Shown here piece after piece: positions 10,516-20,797 of a DNA stretch of 64,000 bases (its first letter is position 1; each line of letters starts with the position of its first letter). Below the pieces are notes generated by a model. The model saw only the letters and a program-made list of their open reading frames with translations. It was not told where the DNA came from and did not search any database. The stretch is from Spirochaetaceae bacterium (GTDB taxonomy: Bacteria; Spirochaetota; Spirochaetia; DSM-2461), in assembly GCA_051531975.1 (NCBI GenBank), contig JAOPTT010000018.1, positions 1-64,000 on the forward strand, given 5' to 3'. The position numbers were made by a program, and so were the translations under genes.

Positions 10516-13500
10516 CTAAAATATAATAGTAGTAAATATTCCTAATTCAAAACTTAAATGATCTAAGGATTCAGTATCATAACCAATATCTAAATATAAA
10601 TTACTTTCATTCATATCCTTTACAGTTAAAGTTGTGTCGTGTCTTATTCCAATATTAAAATTTTCATCATCATCAATTTTAAAATACAATTTCTCTATAT
10701 GAGTAAAATAGTAGGGATTATCTAAAACTTTATCTATTATAGGAACAATATATACTGGTCCTGATTTACCAGGCCATTTAAATTCAATCTCTGTAATATT
10801 TGAACTGTCATTCTCAGTAATTGATAGGTTATTTTCAATATCAATATAAGTCTTATCTTTGATTTCTTTATATATTAAAAGTATCCACTCAGTTTCATAC
10901 TCTTCATCATCACTTTCGACATTTAAACTATTTGTGAAAGATAGAGTATTTTTTATTATTGGGTTAATAGTAAAATTTGAGCTTATTGTTTTTATTATAT
11001 CGGTACTTTGTTGACTTTCTTCATTTAGATAGATCTTATTTAAGGTAATAGATACCGTTTCTGGAATTAATACATTAAAAAAAGAGGTGTTTTTAATTCC
11101 AAGTTTAAACTCAGTATTAAATGACGAATTTAGTGATCTTTCATTACTTAAATATTCATTATCATAAAAATCTGAATCTTCATCAGAAAAAAATTGATCA
11201 ATGAAAGATATGTCTGAATAGGGATTAGTTGATTGAAATATTTTAAAATATTCCTCTATTCCATCTGAGATATAAAGTTGGTCTGTACCATTAATTAGGT
11301 ATTCATAACTTGTAGAGAGTGATGGTGTTATTGTTAGATAACCAAAGGTTAATGCTAATGATGTAAAGGCTCCATATACGTTCAGATCTTTTTTCTCTGG
11401 TGAATATGACTGAGAGAGTTGATTTTTTAAAGATAGAGTATAGTCAATTAAACTTAAATCTAATTTAAGATCAAAATTTTGTATCAGATTATTAGATAGG
11501 TCTAAATCATCTATTGGTATAATATCTTTATAGCTATTTATTAACTCATTTTCTAGACTATCAAGTTCAAGAGATCTAATTTGAGTTAATTTAGTTGTAT
11601 TAGATATAGAAAAAAGTTGTTCAGGAAACAGTTCGAGTAATAATTCACTATTTCTTATACCTTTATCACTACCTTTACTATCTGAAAGAATTAGATTTGA
11701 GTCAAAGTTAGAAGTATCTATTTTAAGTTTATTACTTCTATAGCTATTTGTATTATATGAAAAAGAATCAAATACCTTTATTGGAAAATCCATATAAGGA
11801 ATTTCAAGATTATACGATATATTATCATCAGAATCCCCATAATAAATACTGCCATCTAACTTTGTCCCAAGTAATGTTAATGCAATATTAGAATTACCTG
11901 TATAGGATGTCGTTGAATCATCGGTTATTAAGTTATTATGAGCTGTAAATTTAATATTTTCGATAACTGGAAATGAACCAATTTTTACCGAAAGTGGTGG
12001 GGTTAAAGTAAAAGAGAGGTTGTTTTCATTATAAAATGTAAGTTTTGGTTCTTTTAGAACAATATTAGAAATAGTCACAGTACCGGAACCAGTATCTGAA
12101 AATGATAGTGAAAAAGAGTTTGTCTCATCACCAGTAGAGTCCCAAGTAGATTCCATTGAAGGTGAATCGTTTATATTTACTGTATTAGTTTCAAATTCGA
12201 TATTAATAATATTTTCACCACTAATTAACTCAGTTTTAGGAATCGTTAATGTTGAAATAACATCTAAATTATTTTTTAGTTCTAAACTAATTACTGTATC
12301 ATCAGTAATAACTCCATTGTTTTGTATTGTGAATTCCATAAAGTTATATGTATCGATATCAACGGTTGAGATTCTAGAAGATATAACAATTGTATTGTCC
12401 CCAGAAGCTGGATCAGCAGCAGTAATCTTAATATCATCGTCACTTTTTCTAACAAGATAATCGGCACTACCTTCATGGGTTACAAGGCTATCTCCTTTAA
12501 AGTTTAATGCTTTAAGTAAAAGTAAATTTTCTGATCCCTCTGCTATTTTTATATCTATTGAATCAATATAAGAAAGTTTTGACCTTTCATCATTAGAAAA
12601 TAGGATATTATATGTTACATAACCTGTGGCCTCTTGAACTATTACTTGCTTAGTTAATATGTCTGAACTGGTAAGACTTGGATTTGTAAACAGTATATCT
12701 ACAGTACGTTCATCACCATTGTTATATATATCAAAACTAAATTCTGTTGCCCAAGAATAATCCTGACTATAATCATCTAATCCTAAAGTTGCTAAACTAT
12801 AGTCACCTGAAGTTAATTCAATAGTTTCGAGAACTATAACATCATAAGAACTTTCGTTATAAGAATGGTTTAATGTATATGGTCCACCTAATGGATCTAA
12901 ATCAAGCTCCATTATTTCTGTTACTGTATATGCCCCGGTATCAGAATCTCTTTTTATTAAAGGTTGAATTGATATGTTATCAGCTGAATCTTCTAGAACT
13001 ATACTATCCACTGGAATATCAATAGATGCCTGATCATATTCAAAAAGTAGGTATTCACCGATAGTATCATGGTTTGTTACATTTAAAGATGAGTTTAATT
13101 CTACTGATATTATTTCTGAATCATATTTAAATTTAGCTTTAGATGTCATCGATCCACTGTTCTCATTTATATCGGTACTATAATCATCAGTAGAAAATAT
13201 CCAGTTACCAGTATGAGAAATGTCTAAGGTCAGATCATCATTGAGATTATATCTACTACCATAAGATAATAATAGATTACCATTTCCTAAAGTAGATTCA
13301 GTATTATAGTTAATAATTATTTTATCAAAAGGGGAGATCTCTTTTTCTAATGTTATTAAACCAGAATCTGAATCGTGGTGAAAGTCTGTATATTTTGAAC
13401 CGTTAATGATTATAGTAACACTGTCTTTTTGTGCTTCTGTTGGAATCGTTAAACTATCTACAGGGGTTATTTTTTCTATGGTAATACTGTTTTCACTATT

Positions 13501-14610
13501 TAGACCATTTCCCTCTAAAGAGTATATATCAGAATCTAATTCCATAAATGGATATCTATTAGTTAGTGCATTATATGAATCTTCTAATTTTTTAAAGACT
13601 ATTAAACTATTCTCTAAAGTGAAATTTAATTCCTTTGAACTATTTACATATATTTCTATATCTGAAGAATCTGTAATTGTGAGTACTTCTGTACTATAAC
13701 AACCTAAATTTTCAAATGGAGAGAAAGATCCAGCATCTGATAAAACTAAGTATTTTTTACCTTCGTAATCTGTAGTATATAAATTCCACAGATCATCCTC
13801 AGATATTGTATCTAAAATACCAGGATTATCTTCAGGTTGAACAAACTCCATTAAACTGTTTTTTGCATCAATAATATTCAGATCAGAAATATCTAAATAT
13901 ATAGTTTTGTATTCTACGTCTTCTATATATAGCATATTTGTTTCAGAATAATGTATAAAGTTCTGACTACCTATATTTTCTAATTCATCATCAGTTAATA
14001 TAAAAAGATTTAAAGGTTCTATGTCATCAAAAGGTAAGATGTAATAATTATATTTTGAGTAGTTATTTAATAGAAGAACCTCTTCTTCAAATAAATTCAA
14101 CCCTCTAAATTCGATACTATTTTTTACTTCATTACTATATCTTGCTAGAATTTCATGTTGTGTATTTGTAGTTTTTATTTTAAATCTTGTTCCAGGAACT
14201 CTATCAACGTTTTCAGGAGGTATATAACCAGCATATTCTTCGATATTAATATCATCGTTACCAATACGAACTTCTTGAAGAATACCATTACTGTTTTGAT
14301 AACCAAGTAGAAATAGATTCTCATCACTTTCTTCTTTTATTTGAGCTTCAAAAAAATATTTATTAAATAACCATATTGATGCTGTTAAATCTGGGACCAT
14401 TGAAAATATAATATTATCAAATGCTTCAGAAATATTACCTTCTGCAAATGTCGTAATATCAAACTTCCAAGAGCCTTCTAAAGTCATATAGATATCATTT
14501 TCATCCATTAAATCATATGAAAATATAGTAGTACCATTTGAAATTTCTTCAATAGCATACAAATATATAGATGAAAATATAAATAGTGAGACTATAAGAA
14601 ATCTTTTCAT
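10516..14610 (-). CDS. Large secreted acidic protein, probable outer-membrane beta-barrel (SprA/Sov-like motifs)
   Basis: Signal peptide, beta-strand-rich sequence, C-terminal FELGIFTTIIF; segments resembling SprA (see findings). Confidence 0.6.
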   Translation of the reverse strand: MKRFLIVSLFIFSSIYLYAIEEISNGTTIFSYDLMDENDIYMTLEGSWKFDITTFAEGNISEAFDNIIFSMVPDLTASIWLFNKYFFEAQIKEESDENLFLLGYQNSNGILQEVRIGNDDINIEEYAGYIPPENVDRVPGTRFKIKTTNTQHEILARYSNEVKNSIEFRGLNLFEEEVLLLNNYSKYNYYILPFDDIEPLNLFILTDDELENIGSQNFIHYSETNMLYIEDVEYKTIYLDISDLNIIDAKNSLMEFVQPEDNPGILDTISEDDLWNLYTTDYEGKKYLVLSDAGSFSPFENLGCYSTEVLTITDSSDIEIYVNSSKELNFTLENSLIVFKKLEDSYNALTNRYPFMELDSDIYSLEGNGLNSENSITIEKITPVDSLTIPTEAQKDSVTIIINGSKYTDFHHDSDSGLITLEKEISPFDKIIINYNTESTLGNGNLLLSYGSRYNLNDDLTLDISHTGNWIFSTDDYSTDINENSGSMTSKAKFKYDSEIISVELNSSLNVTNHDTIGEYLLFEYDQASIDIPVDSIVLEDSADNISIQPLIKRDSDTGAYTVTEIMELDLDPLGGPYTLNHSYNESSYDVIVLETIELTSGDYSLATLGLDDYSQDYSWATEFSFDIYNNGDERTVDILFTNPSLTSSDILTKQVIVQEATGYVTYNILFSNDERSKLSYIDSIDIKIAEGSENLLLLKALNFKGDSLVTHEGSADYLVRKSDDDIKITAADPASGDNTIVISSRISTVDIDTYNFMEFTIQNNGVITDDTVISLELKNNLDVISTLTIPKTELISGENIINIEFETNTVNINDSPSMESTWDSTGDETNSFSLSFSDTGSGTVTISNIVLKEPKLTFYNENNLSFTLTPPLSVKIGSFPVIENIKFTAHNNLITDDSTTSYTGNSNIALTLLGTKLDGSIYYGDSDDNISYNLEIPYMDFPIKVFDSFSYNTNSYRSNKLKIDTSNFDSNLILSDSKGSDKGIRNSELLLELFPEQLFSISNTTKLTQIRSLELDSLENELINSYKDIIPIDDLDLSNNLIQNFDLKLDLSLIDYTLSLKNQLSQSYSPEKKDLNVYGAFTSLALTFGYLTITPSLSTSYEYLINGTDQLYISDGIEEYFKIFQSTNPYSDISFIDQFFSDEDSDFYDNEYLSNERSLNSSFNTEFKLGIKNTSFFNVLIPETVSITLNKIYLNEESQQSTDIIKTISSNFTINPIIKNTLSFTNSLNVESDDEEYETEWILLIYKEIKDKTYIDIENNLSITENDSSNITEIEFKWPGKSGPVYIVPIIDKVLDNPYYFTHIEKLYFKIDDDENFNIGIRHDTTLTVKDMNESNLYLDIGYDTESLDHLSFELGIFTTIIF

Positions 14611-14629
14611 GGCTTATTATATATTATAT

Positions 14630-15313
14630 CTAGTCCTGTTTAAATAGAAGTATATTACTGCATGTGTGAGTCAAATGAGCTTGGAACTGATCGTTTATAT
14701 TTTCTTCCGATGTTAAAGTTAGCTCAAAAAAATGTGGTGAAGCTTCGTAATCTTTACTATCAATCTCAACCTGAAAAATAAATGTTTTTGTCTCTCCAAT
14801 TTTAGTAGATGTAATTGCTTTTGGCCAAAATAGATAGTTTTCATTTGTAGATTTGGTTAACTGAATAGGATTATCCCATTTATTGTCTTTCATTAAAGCT
14901 GGATCATCATCTAAAATTAAAGTCACTTTCGATTCAATTGGTGCAAATGTTTCACCTGAAAGAATTGAACCAGTTATGGTTGGAAAATTAAAGTATGCCT
15001 CTGCCTTTTCTACAATTGACTCCACAGGTTCAAGATGATGGGCTCTTTTTGCCTTTGAAATTAGAGTTATCCCATTTTCAACAAGTCTAGTCAAATCTGC
15101 TAAATCCTGAAGTGAATTTGAATAATTATCTTTTAAGTGAGCTATCCCTCTTTCAGAAAGAACATAAATTGGTTTTGCTCGATTTAAAACATAACAAGTA
15201 ACATCAAGTCTGCATTGGTAACATAAACATAATTCTTTTGGTATATCTTTAGAATCAAATGCACGATTAACTATATCTGTAACTCTCTCTTTAGTAATGT
15301 TGTAGATTTGCAT
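14630..15313 (-). CDS. ComFB-domain protein with a C-terminal extension
   Basis: IYNITKERV...CLCYQCRLDVTCYVLNRAKPIYV ComFB signature. Confidence 0.85.
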   Translation of the reverse strand: MQIYNITKERVTDIVNRAFDSKDIPKELCLCYQCRLDVTCYVLNRAKPIYVLSERGIAHLKDNYSNSLQDLADLTRLVENGITLISKAKRAHHLEPVESIVEKAEAYFNFPTITGSILSGETFAPIESKVTLILDDDPALMKDNKWDNPIQLTKSTNENYLFWPKAITSTKIGETKTFIFQVEIDSKDYEASPHFFELTLTSEENINDQFQAHLTHTCSNILLFKQD

Positions 15314-15414
15314 TAGTAAAACTCCTTACAAGTAATTATAATTCATTATAAACTTTTTTTATATAAAAAAAACAATCTATTTTACTTTTTGGAAACTATA
15401 ATTATACTGATGTC

Positions 15415-15993
15415 ATGAAAAAGATAACTTTACTAATAATTTTATTATCATTATCTCTATTTTTGAATTCTGAAGAAGGGGTTATTGGTTTAAAAAATAT
15501 TTCAAACAATGAAGCCGAAACCTCAAAAAACAAGACAAATGAAAAAGTGAAATTAAAAAAAGCTAAAGAGAAAATAAATGTACACATTATAAATAATAAT
15601 CCACTTCTACCTAAGGCAAACTATATAGGTGACTTAGGAGATATCCTTAGTACTAACAAAGATAATAATGCTGTATTATTTAGAACAAACCTTTTTTTTA
15701 ATTTGTTAAAAAGTGATAAAAAAAACACAGTATTAGATCAAGATTTTAGTTTTATTTTTAAAAATGCTTATTCAGATAGTTTATTATTGAAAAACAGAGA
15801 ATTGTTATATTGGTATATCTCTCAACCTAAAATATACCAAGATTATTCAGATTTAGATATTGAATTATATTATAGGAATAAAATATTGATAGGTACTATT
15901 TATCTTGAATATGAAAGTGATTGGTTTGTTGTAGATTTACAACTGGATACTCAGGAAAAAGGGATCTTTGACCCCTCAATCCCATATTATTAA
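15415..15993 (+). CDS. Hypothetical exported protein
   Basis: Signal peptide; C-terminal half resembles an NTF2-like fold (W.VVDLQ). Confidence 0.7.
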   Translation: MKKITLLIILLSLSLFLNSEEGVIGLKNISNNEAETSKNKTNEKVKLKKAKEKINVHIINNNPLLPKANYIGDLGDILSTNKDNNAVLFRTNLFFNLLKSDKKNTVLDQDFSFIFKNAYSDSLLLKNRELLYWYISQPKIYQDYSDLDIELYYRNKILIGTIYLEYESDWFVVDLQLDTQEKGIFDPSIPYY

Positions 15994-16532
15994 TTTATTT
16001 CAATACCACGTTGAGCTTTAGGGAATATTTTACTAACAGCAACTTTGTTAGCTCTTTCAGTATAAACAACACCTTTGTTCCAATATTCAAGAGCTGCAAA
16101 CATTGCATTTCCACCATCTCTATCATCACTATCTTGAGTTCTATAAGAAACATAATTTCCTAATTCTTCAAAGTTTTCATCATGAAGACACTGAAGACGT
16201 TTTTCATTAAAATCATTCCATTCACGAATTTTAAGGAAACCTTTTCCTTCATCTTCAACAATAATCCGAGCTTCTTCAGTAGAAAAATAATACCAAATAT
16301 GTACTTTTTTATTAATATCACATTTATTACCATGCTTAACTGCATTTTTAATAAGTTCACTAATTTGCTGTTCTAAAAGATTTAACTCTTTTATCTCAGG
16401 TGGTGCTTTTTGCACAATGAGTAATGTAAAATATCTTACTTGTCTTAAATCACTAGGAAATTCTTTGTGAAAACAACCATCAGTATTAAATAATTTACTT
16501 TTATCATCTATTTCTATCATCTTATTTGACAT
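15990..16532 (-). CDS. Anti-sigma-factor/Ser kinase (RsbW/SpoIIAB-like HATPase_c)
   Basis: ISELIKNAVKHGN N-box, VEDEGKGF G1 box; immediately downstream of a STAS gene. Confidence 0.85.
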   Translation of the reverse strand: MSNKMIEIDDKSKLFNTDGCFHKEFPSDLRQVRYFTLLIVQKAPPEIKELNLLEQQISELIKNAVKHGNKCDINKKVHIWYYFSTEEARIIVEDEGKGFLKIREWNDFNEKRLQCLHDENFEELGNYVSYRTQDSDDRDGGNAMFAALEYWNKGVVYTERANKVAVSKIFPKAQRGIEIN

Positions 16533-16545
16533 TTAATCTCCAAAT

Positions 16546-16878
16546 TTAAAGATTTTTTATGGCATCATTAACTGTTGCTGCCATAGGAAAATATCCCATT
16601 AGTTTTGTTAACTCTATAACTTTCTTAACAGAACCATGTACGTTTGTTAACAAAAGTTGAAGGTTCATTTTCTTGATAGTAGAGCAAATATATATTAATG
16701 CTCCTATCCCACTCGAATCAATGTATTCTACTTTATCTAAGTTTATTACAAACTTTGTAACCTTTTTTTCTAGCATTTTCATTACAAGGTCTTTTAGTTT
16801 ATAAGAATTGTATAAATCCATTTCTCCATGAATATCTATTATGTAGATATTAGAGCTTTTACGAATTTTTAATTCCAC
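16546..16878 (-). CDS. STAS-domain anti-anti-sigma factor (RsbV/SpoIIAA-like)
   Basis: GEMDLYNS, YIDSSGIGAL phospho-Ser motif; GGAG SD favours GTG at 16878. Confidence 0.93.
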   Translation of the reverse strand: MELKIRKSSNIYIIDIHGEMDLYNSYKLKDLVMKMLEKKVTKFVINLDKVEYIDSSGIGALIYICSTIKKMNLQLLLTNVHGSVKKVIELTKLMGYFPMAATVNDAIKNL

Positions 16879-16922
16879 AGGCATCTCCAATTAATTTTCT
16901 ATATGTTGTCAGAATTAGCTTC

Positions 16923-16951
16923 ATAGTACCACCAGAAAAAGTAGTCGTCAA
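16923..16951 (-). promoter_or_regulatory. Putative sigma70 promoter of the STAS/kinase pair
   Basis: TTGACG-N17-TACTAT with an extended TG. Confidence 0.65.
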
Positions 16952-17012
16952 GTTAAGGTTATTTTTAAATTTTATTTAACATAATAATAATAATTAATGT
17001 TATAATGATTTT

Positions 17013-19679
17013 ATGTTTTCACTTTATATAATAATTGAGCATAATAATTTACTAATTAAAAGTAATTCTATCAATGAACAAAATCTCACAAAATCTTTAA
17101 TTTCTAATATTAATAATCGAGGTGGAGTCAATAGTGAGATATCTTCTTATTTAAGCTATTTCCCATCTGAATATGATTATTCTAGAGTTAATTTTATTAA
17201 ATGTTTACAAGAAATATATCAAACCCTCATAGAAAACAGTGATCTAGTAGGTTTTTCTATGGTTATAGATTGTAATAAAATTAGTAGTGATTTTGAGTAT
17301 TTAGATAATAGAAATAACTTTATATTAAAAACCAATGATATTGATCAAATTTGGTTCTCTAATGATGCATATAAACTATTAGAACTGTTTTTTAATGGTA
17401 AACGTATTAATGGCTTAATAAAAGCTTCAAAAGATTTTCATAAAATGTATTTACCTACTGAGAGTGCAGATAATGTAATGATATCTGAGTCAATGCAAAA
17501 TTATTTTTCAGAATTAACAACATCCATAAATTTTTTCAATAATAGAATGAGTTCAGCTTTATATAAGAATATAAATTATTGGGCTAATAGTAATAAATTG
17601 GATAAAAATCTGTTCATTGATTTTGAAATGAGTCATGATCATCTTATCACTTTTATTGAATACCTAATCACATTAACCTCAATGTTTAATCCTCTCACAG
17701 ATTTAGATTCTGAAGAACAAAACAGTTGGGGAATATACTTAGAATTGTTTAATGAGTTTTCTACAAAAAGTTTTAACTATTTTGTACTTGATGATGCAAA
17801 TATACATTTCAAAAAATTAATATTGTTATGGTTTGAATCTTTATCTCTACGAAAGTCTATATTAATTACGATAAGTGTAGATGATGATCAAGAAATTTTA
17901 GAAATATTAACGTGTTTAAGTTTATTGGATCATATAAATATATTTGTTTTTAAAAATTCTTCAGAATATGGATTGAATTCTATAACATTACCCTACTTAA
18001 TTTCTTTGGAAAACTCACTTCAATGTACTCTTTCAACTTATTTAAAAAGTAAACCTGATTCATCTTTAAATGTTCTTTATATAATAATTATAACTGGTGG
18101 AGAATTATTACTAAGTGATATTTTAAATATATTCAAGATTTTAAATTATGACGTTCTAGAATTACAAGAAGAGATAGACAATTTTATAAGAGAAGGTCTA
18201 TTATTAGGTGATCAGAATTTGTACTCTAGTAGTAAGAAAATATTATCGAATATAATTGATCAAAAACCCGACTTGATAGAAGGTTGGAAAAATGATTTTA
18301 TTGGGGTATTTATTAAAGAGCATTATAATAATATTTTTAATTATGCTTTTATATTTAGTTCTATTTCCTTAGGGTCTATGTATCATAAAGAATCACTACA
18401 AACTCTTTATAATTGCATTCAGAATATGCTTGATCTTGGTAGAGAAATTTCATTGCCTGATTATTATTATCAGATGAAAGCTGATATACCACTACAAAAT
18501 ATTTTAGTTTATAAGAAAATACGGGAGAATAGACTCAATCATAATCTATTAGATATTGAAATAATCGAAAAACTCCATACATCATTTGGCACACCTTTAG
18601 AATTCCTTGATTTATTGAATATTTGGTCATTTAATAAAGATGAAAAACTAATAGATAGATGTAAAAGTCTATATTTTACATATCAATCAGCAGGGGAAAG
18701 CTTTAATGAATGTCGTATTAAGATGTTATTCTCTTTAGGATTATTAAGTTGTGGTCGGGTGAGTGAATCCATTGACTATTTTGAACTTAATTGTAGCTAT
18801 AGTAAAGGTATATCTGATACATATTCTTATATTCGAAACGGTTCTTTTTTAGCAATGGCTCACTATGTAAAAGGTGATTTAAGTGGTGTTTTAAGGGTTT
18901 CAGAACTATTTCTACAGCATAACTGGATCTATTTCAAAACTAGATGGTTTTTATATCTAAAATTTATAAGAGCTCGGGCATTAAGCGAATTAGGAATGTA
19001 CGATGATGCATTAATTCTTCTTTCTGATGGAATTCATATTGCAGAAGAATTTGATTATATAGATATTTTAAAAGTATTCATTAATTGGAAAGGTCGTACC
19101 TTATTTTTCTCTGGTAATAGTGAAGCTGCTAGTGAATTATTATTAAACAATACTCCTAATAACGAATCGTTCTACTTTTTATCTGAAATAGAGTATTTTT
19201 TAGGTAATCTTTCAAAAGCTATTGAATATGCAGAAAAAGCTTTGTTTGTTGAAGATAATACTGTTTTATATGATGAGAATTTAAAATGGCGTGATGGTTT
19301 TTTTGTAATTGAAGAATTTTATAATAGAGCTGATAGAACTTCAATTTTATATCAAGAAATTACTTACTTTTATTATATGTTAAAAATAACTAATGGAGAT
19401 AAAGATGCTCTTGATAAATATTCAGAAATAATTTTAAATATTTCAAACTTTTCATTAGCAGTAAATGATTATAAATATCTTTTTTATCTCTATATTGCTA
19501 CAGAAGACATTGAGATAACTGAAAAAATAAATAGAGAAAACATCTATAATAAAGTTATTAGATTATTGCAACAAAAAACTACAAACTTGAGTGAACATAA
19601 CCAAAAACATAAATTTTTAGATAACTTTTGGAATAGTCATATAAATAATGTATCAAGAACTAAAAAGTTTTTTAAATAA
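17013..19679 (+). CDS. Large hypothetical protein with C-terminal TPRs (possible degenerate cyclase-STAND-TPR)
   Basis: TPR-like helices (YFLSEIEYFLGNLSKAIEYAEKAL); no intact P-loop. Confidence 0.65.
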   Translation: MFSLYIIIEHNNLLIKSNSINEQNLTKSLISNINNRGGVNSEISSYLSYFPSEYDYSRVNFIKCLQEIYQTLIENSDLVGFSMVIDCNKISSDFEYLDNRNNFILKTNDIDQIWFSNDAYKLLELFFNGKRINGLIKASKDFHKMYLPTESADNVMISESMQNYFSELTTSINFFNNRMSSALYKNINYWANSNKLDKNLFIDFEMSHDHLITFIEYLITLTSMFNPLTDLDSEEQNSWGIYLELFNEFSTKSFNYFVLDDANIHFKKLILLWFESLSLRKSILITISVDDDQEILEILTCLSLLDHINIFVFKNSSEYGLNSITLPYLISLENSLQCTLSTYLKSKPDSSLNVLYIIIITGGELLLSDILNIFKILNYDVLELQEEIDNFIREGLLLGDQNLYSSSKKILSNIIDQKPDLIEGWKNDFIGVFIKEHYNNIFNYAFIFSSISLGSMYHKESLQTLYNCIQNMLDLGREISLPDYYYQMKADIPLQNILVYKKIRENRLNHNLLDIEIIEKLHTSFGTPLEFLDLLNIWSFNKDEKLIDRCKSLYFTYQSAGESFNECRIKMLFSLGLLSCGRVSESIDYFELNCSYSKGISDTYSYIRNGSFLAMAHYVKGDLSGVLRVSELFLQHNWIYFKTRWFLYLKFIRARALSELGMYDDALILLSDGIHIAEEFDYIDILKVFINWKGRTLFFSGNSEAASELLLNNTPNNESFYFLSEIEYFLGNLSKAIEYAEKALFVEDNTVLYDENLKWRDGFFVIEEFYNRADRTSILYQEITYFYYMLKITNGDKDALDKYSEIILNISNFSLAVNDYKYLFYLYIATEDIEITEKINRENIYNKVIRLLQQKTTNLSEHNQKHKFLDNFWNSHINNVSRTKKFFK

Positions 19680-19693
19680 TAATAATCTTATAG

Positions 19694-19722
19694 TTGACAT
19701 ATTATTTCATGGTTGCTATATT
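19694..19722 (+). promoter_or_regulatory. sigma70 promoter of tRNA-Met
   Basis: TTGACA-N17-TATATT with an extended TG. Confidence 0.85.
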
Positions 19723-19739
19723 ACAAAAGCAATTAACAA

Positions 19740-19812
19740 GGTGGCGTAGCTCAGTTGGTAGAGCAATCGGCTCATATCCGGTCTGTCAGGGGTTCAAGTC
19801 CCTTCGCCACTA
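19740..19812 (+). tRNA. tRNA-Met(CAT), elongator type; CCA not encoded
   Basis: Cloverleaf: acceptor GGTGGCG/CGCCACT, D arm TAGCTCAGTTGGTAGAGC, anticodon arm ATCGG-CTCATAT-CCGGT, T loop GTTCAAG; lacks the initiator 3 G-C pairs. Confidence 0.95.
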
Positions 19813-19814
19813 TT

Positions 19815-19847
19815 AAAACCTAAGCTATTAGCTTAGGTTTTTCTTTT
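19815..19847 (+). terminator. tRNA terminator
   Basis: AAAACCTAAGCT-ATT-AGCTTAGGTTTT plus T tract. Confidence 0.9.
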
Positions 19848-19900
19848 TATAAATATTGTCTTTTTATAATTACAGACGTATTATTGCATATAGGTGTTAT

Positions 19901-20797
19901 ATGAATTTAGAAAGATTACAAATATTTTATGCTGTAGCTACCCAAAACAGTTTTTCTAAAGCTGCTAAGAAAATAGAGAAAACTCAATCTGCTGTAAGTC
20001 AATCAATCCGATTATTGGAGAAAGAGATAGGTGAGACTTTATTCCAAAGAAGTAATAGAAGTGTTGTTCTATCTGAAGCAGGTATAATACTTTTTGAACA
20101 TGTATCTTTAATTATTCAATCCATAGAAGACGCTCAAGTTAGAATTGATTCATTAAAAAATTTACAAGAAGGTGAATTAATTATAAGTTCAAGTATGGCT
20201 TCAGCATGTTATATGCTACCTGAAGTACTCAAAAAATTTAAACTTAAATATCCCGGTGTAAAAATTGTCCTAAAAAATGGTTTATCAGATCAAGCAGCTG
20301 ACATGGTTGTTAGTAAAGAGAGTGATGTAGGTGTTGTCATGTTACCAATAAATAACCCAAATCTCGATTATATACCTCTTGCGGTAAGGGAAGATGTACT
20401 TATCACCTCAATAAATCATGAATTAAATAAAGTAGAAGATATAAATGTTAATTCTCTATTAGATTACGAGTTTATACTGTTGGATAAAGAAGCTCATACT
20501 AGACAATACATTAACAATTTCTTTACAACGGTAGGTGCCAAACCAAAGGTAGCTATGGAAGTAGGTAATATGGAAATAATCAAACAAATGGTTATTCTAA
20601 ACTTTGGAATATCTGTAATACCTAGAATTGCTGTAAAAAGAGAAGAGAATCGTACTTTAAGAGTTCGTAGAATCTTCTCAAAGGATCAGTGCCGGGAAAT
20701 AGGTATTGTATTTAGAAAAAATAAGAAGATAAAAGCTACTACTAAAGTATTTATTGAAATGATTACAGAACATTTTAAAGATATTGAGATGATTTAA
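19901..20797 (+). CDS. LysR-family transcriptional regulator
   Basis: MNLERLQIFYAVA...SFSKAAK...QSAVSQSIRLLEKEIG HTH and substrate-binding domain. Confidence 0.95.
   Translation: MNLERLQIFYAVATQNSFSKAAKKIEKTQSAVSQSIRLLEKEIGETLFQRSNRSVVLSEAGIILFEHVSLIIQSIEDAQVRIDSLKNLQEGELIISSSMASACYMLPEVLKKFKLKYPGVKIVLKNGLSDQAADMVVSKESDVGVVMLPINNPNLDYIPLAVREDVLITSINHELNKVEDINVNSLLDYEFILLDKEAHTRQYINNFFTTVGAKPKVAMEVGNMEIIKQMVILNFGISVIPRIAVKREENRTLRVRRIFSKDQCREIGIVFRKNKKIKATTKVFIEMITEHFKDIEMI

Noticed and set aside
19740..19812. tRNA-Ile2 or initiator tRNA
   Set aside because: Lacks the initiator C1 mismatch and 3 G-C anticodon pairs; overall sequence resembles elongator Met, though Ile2 cannot be fully excluded without a covariance model
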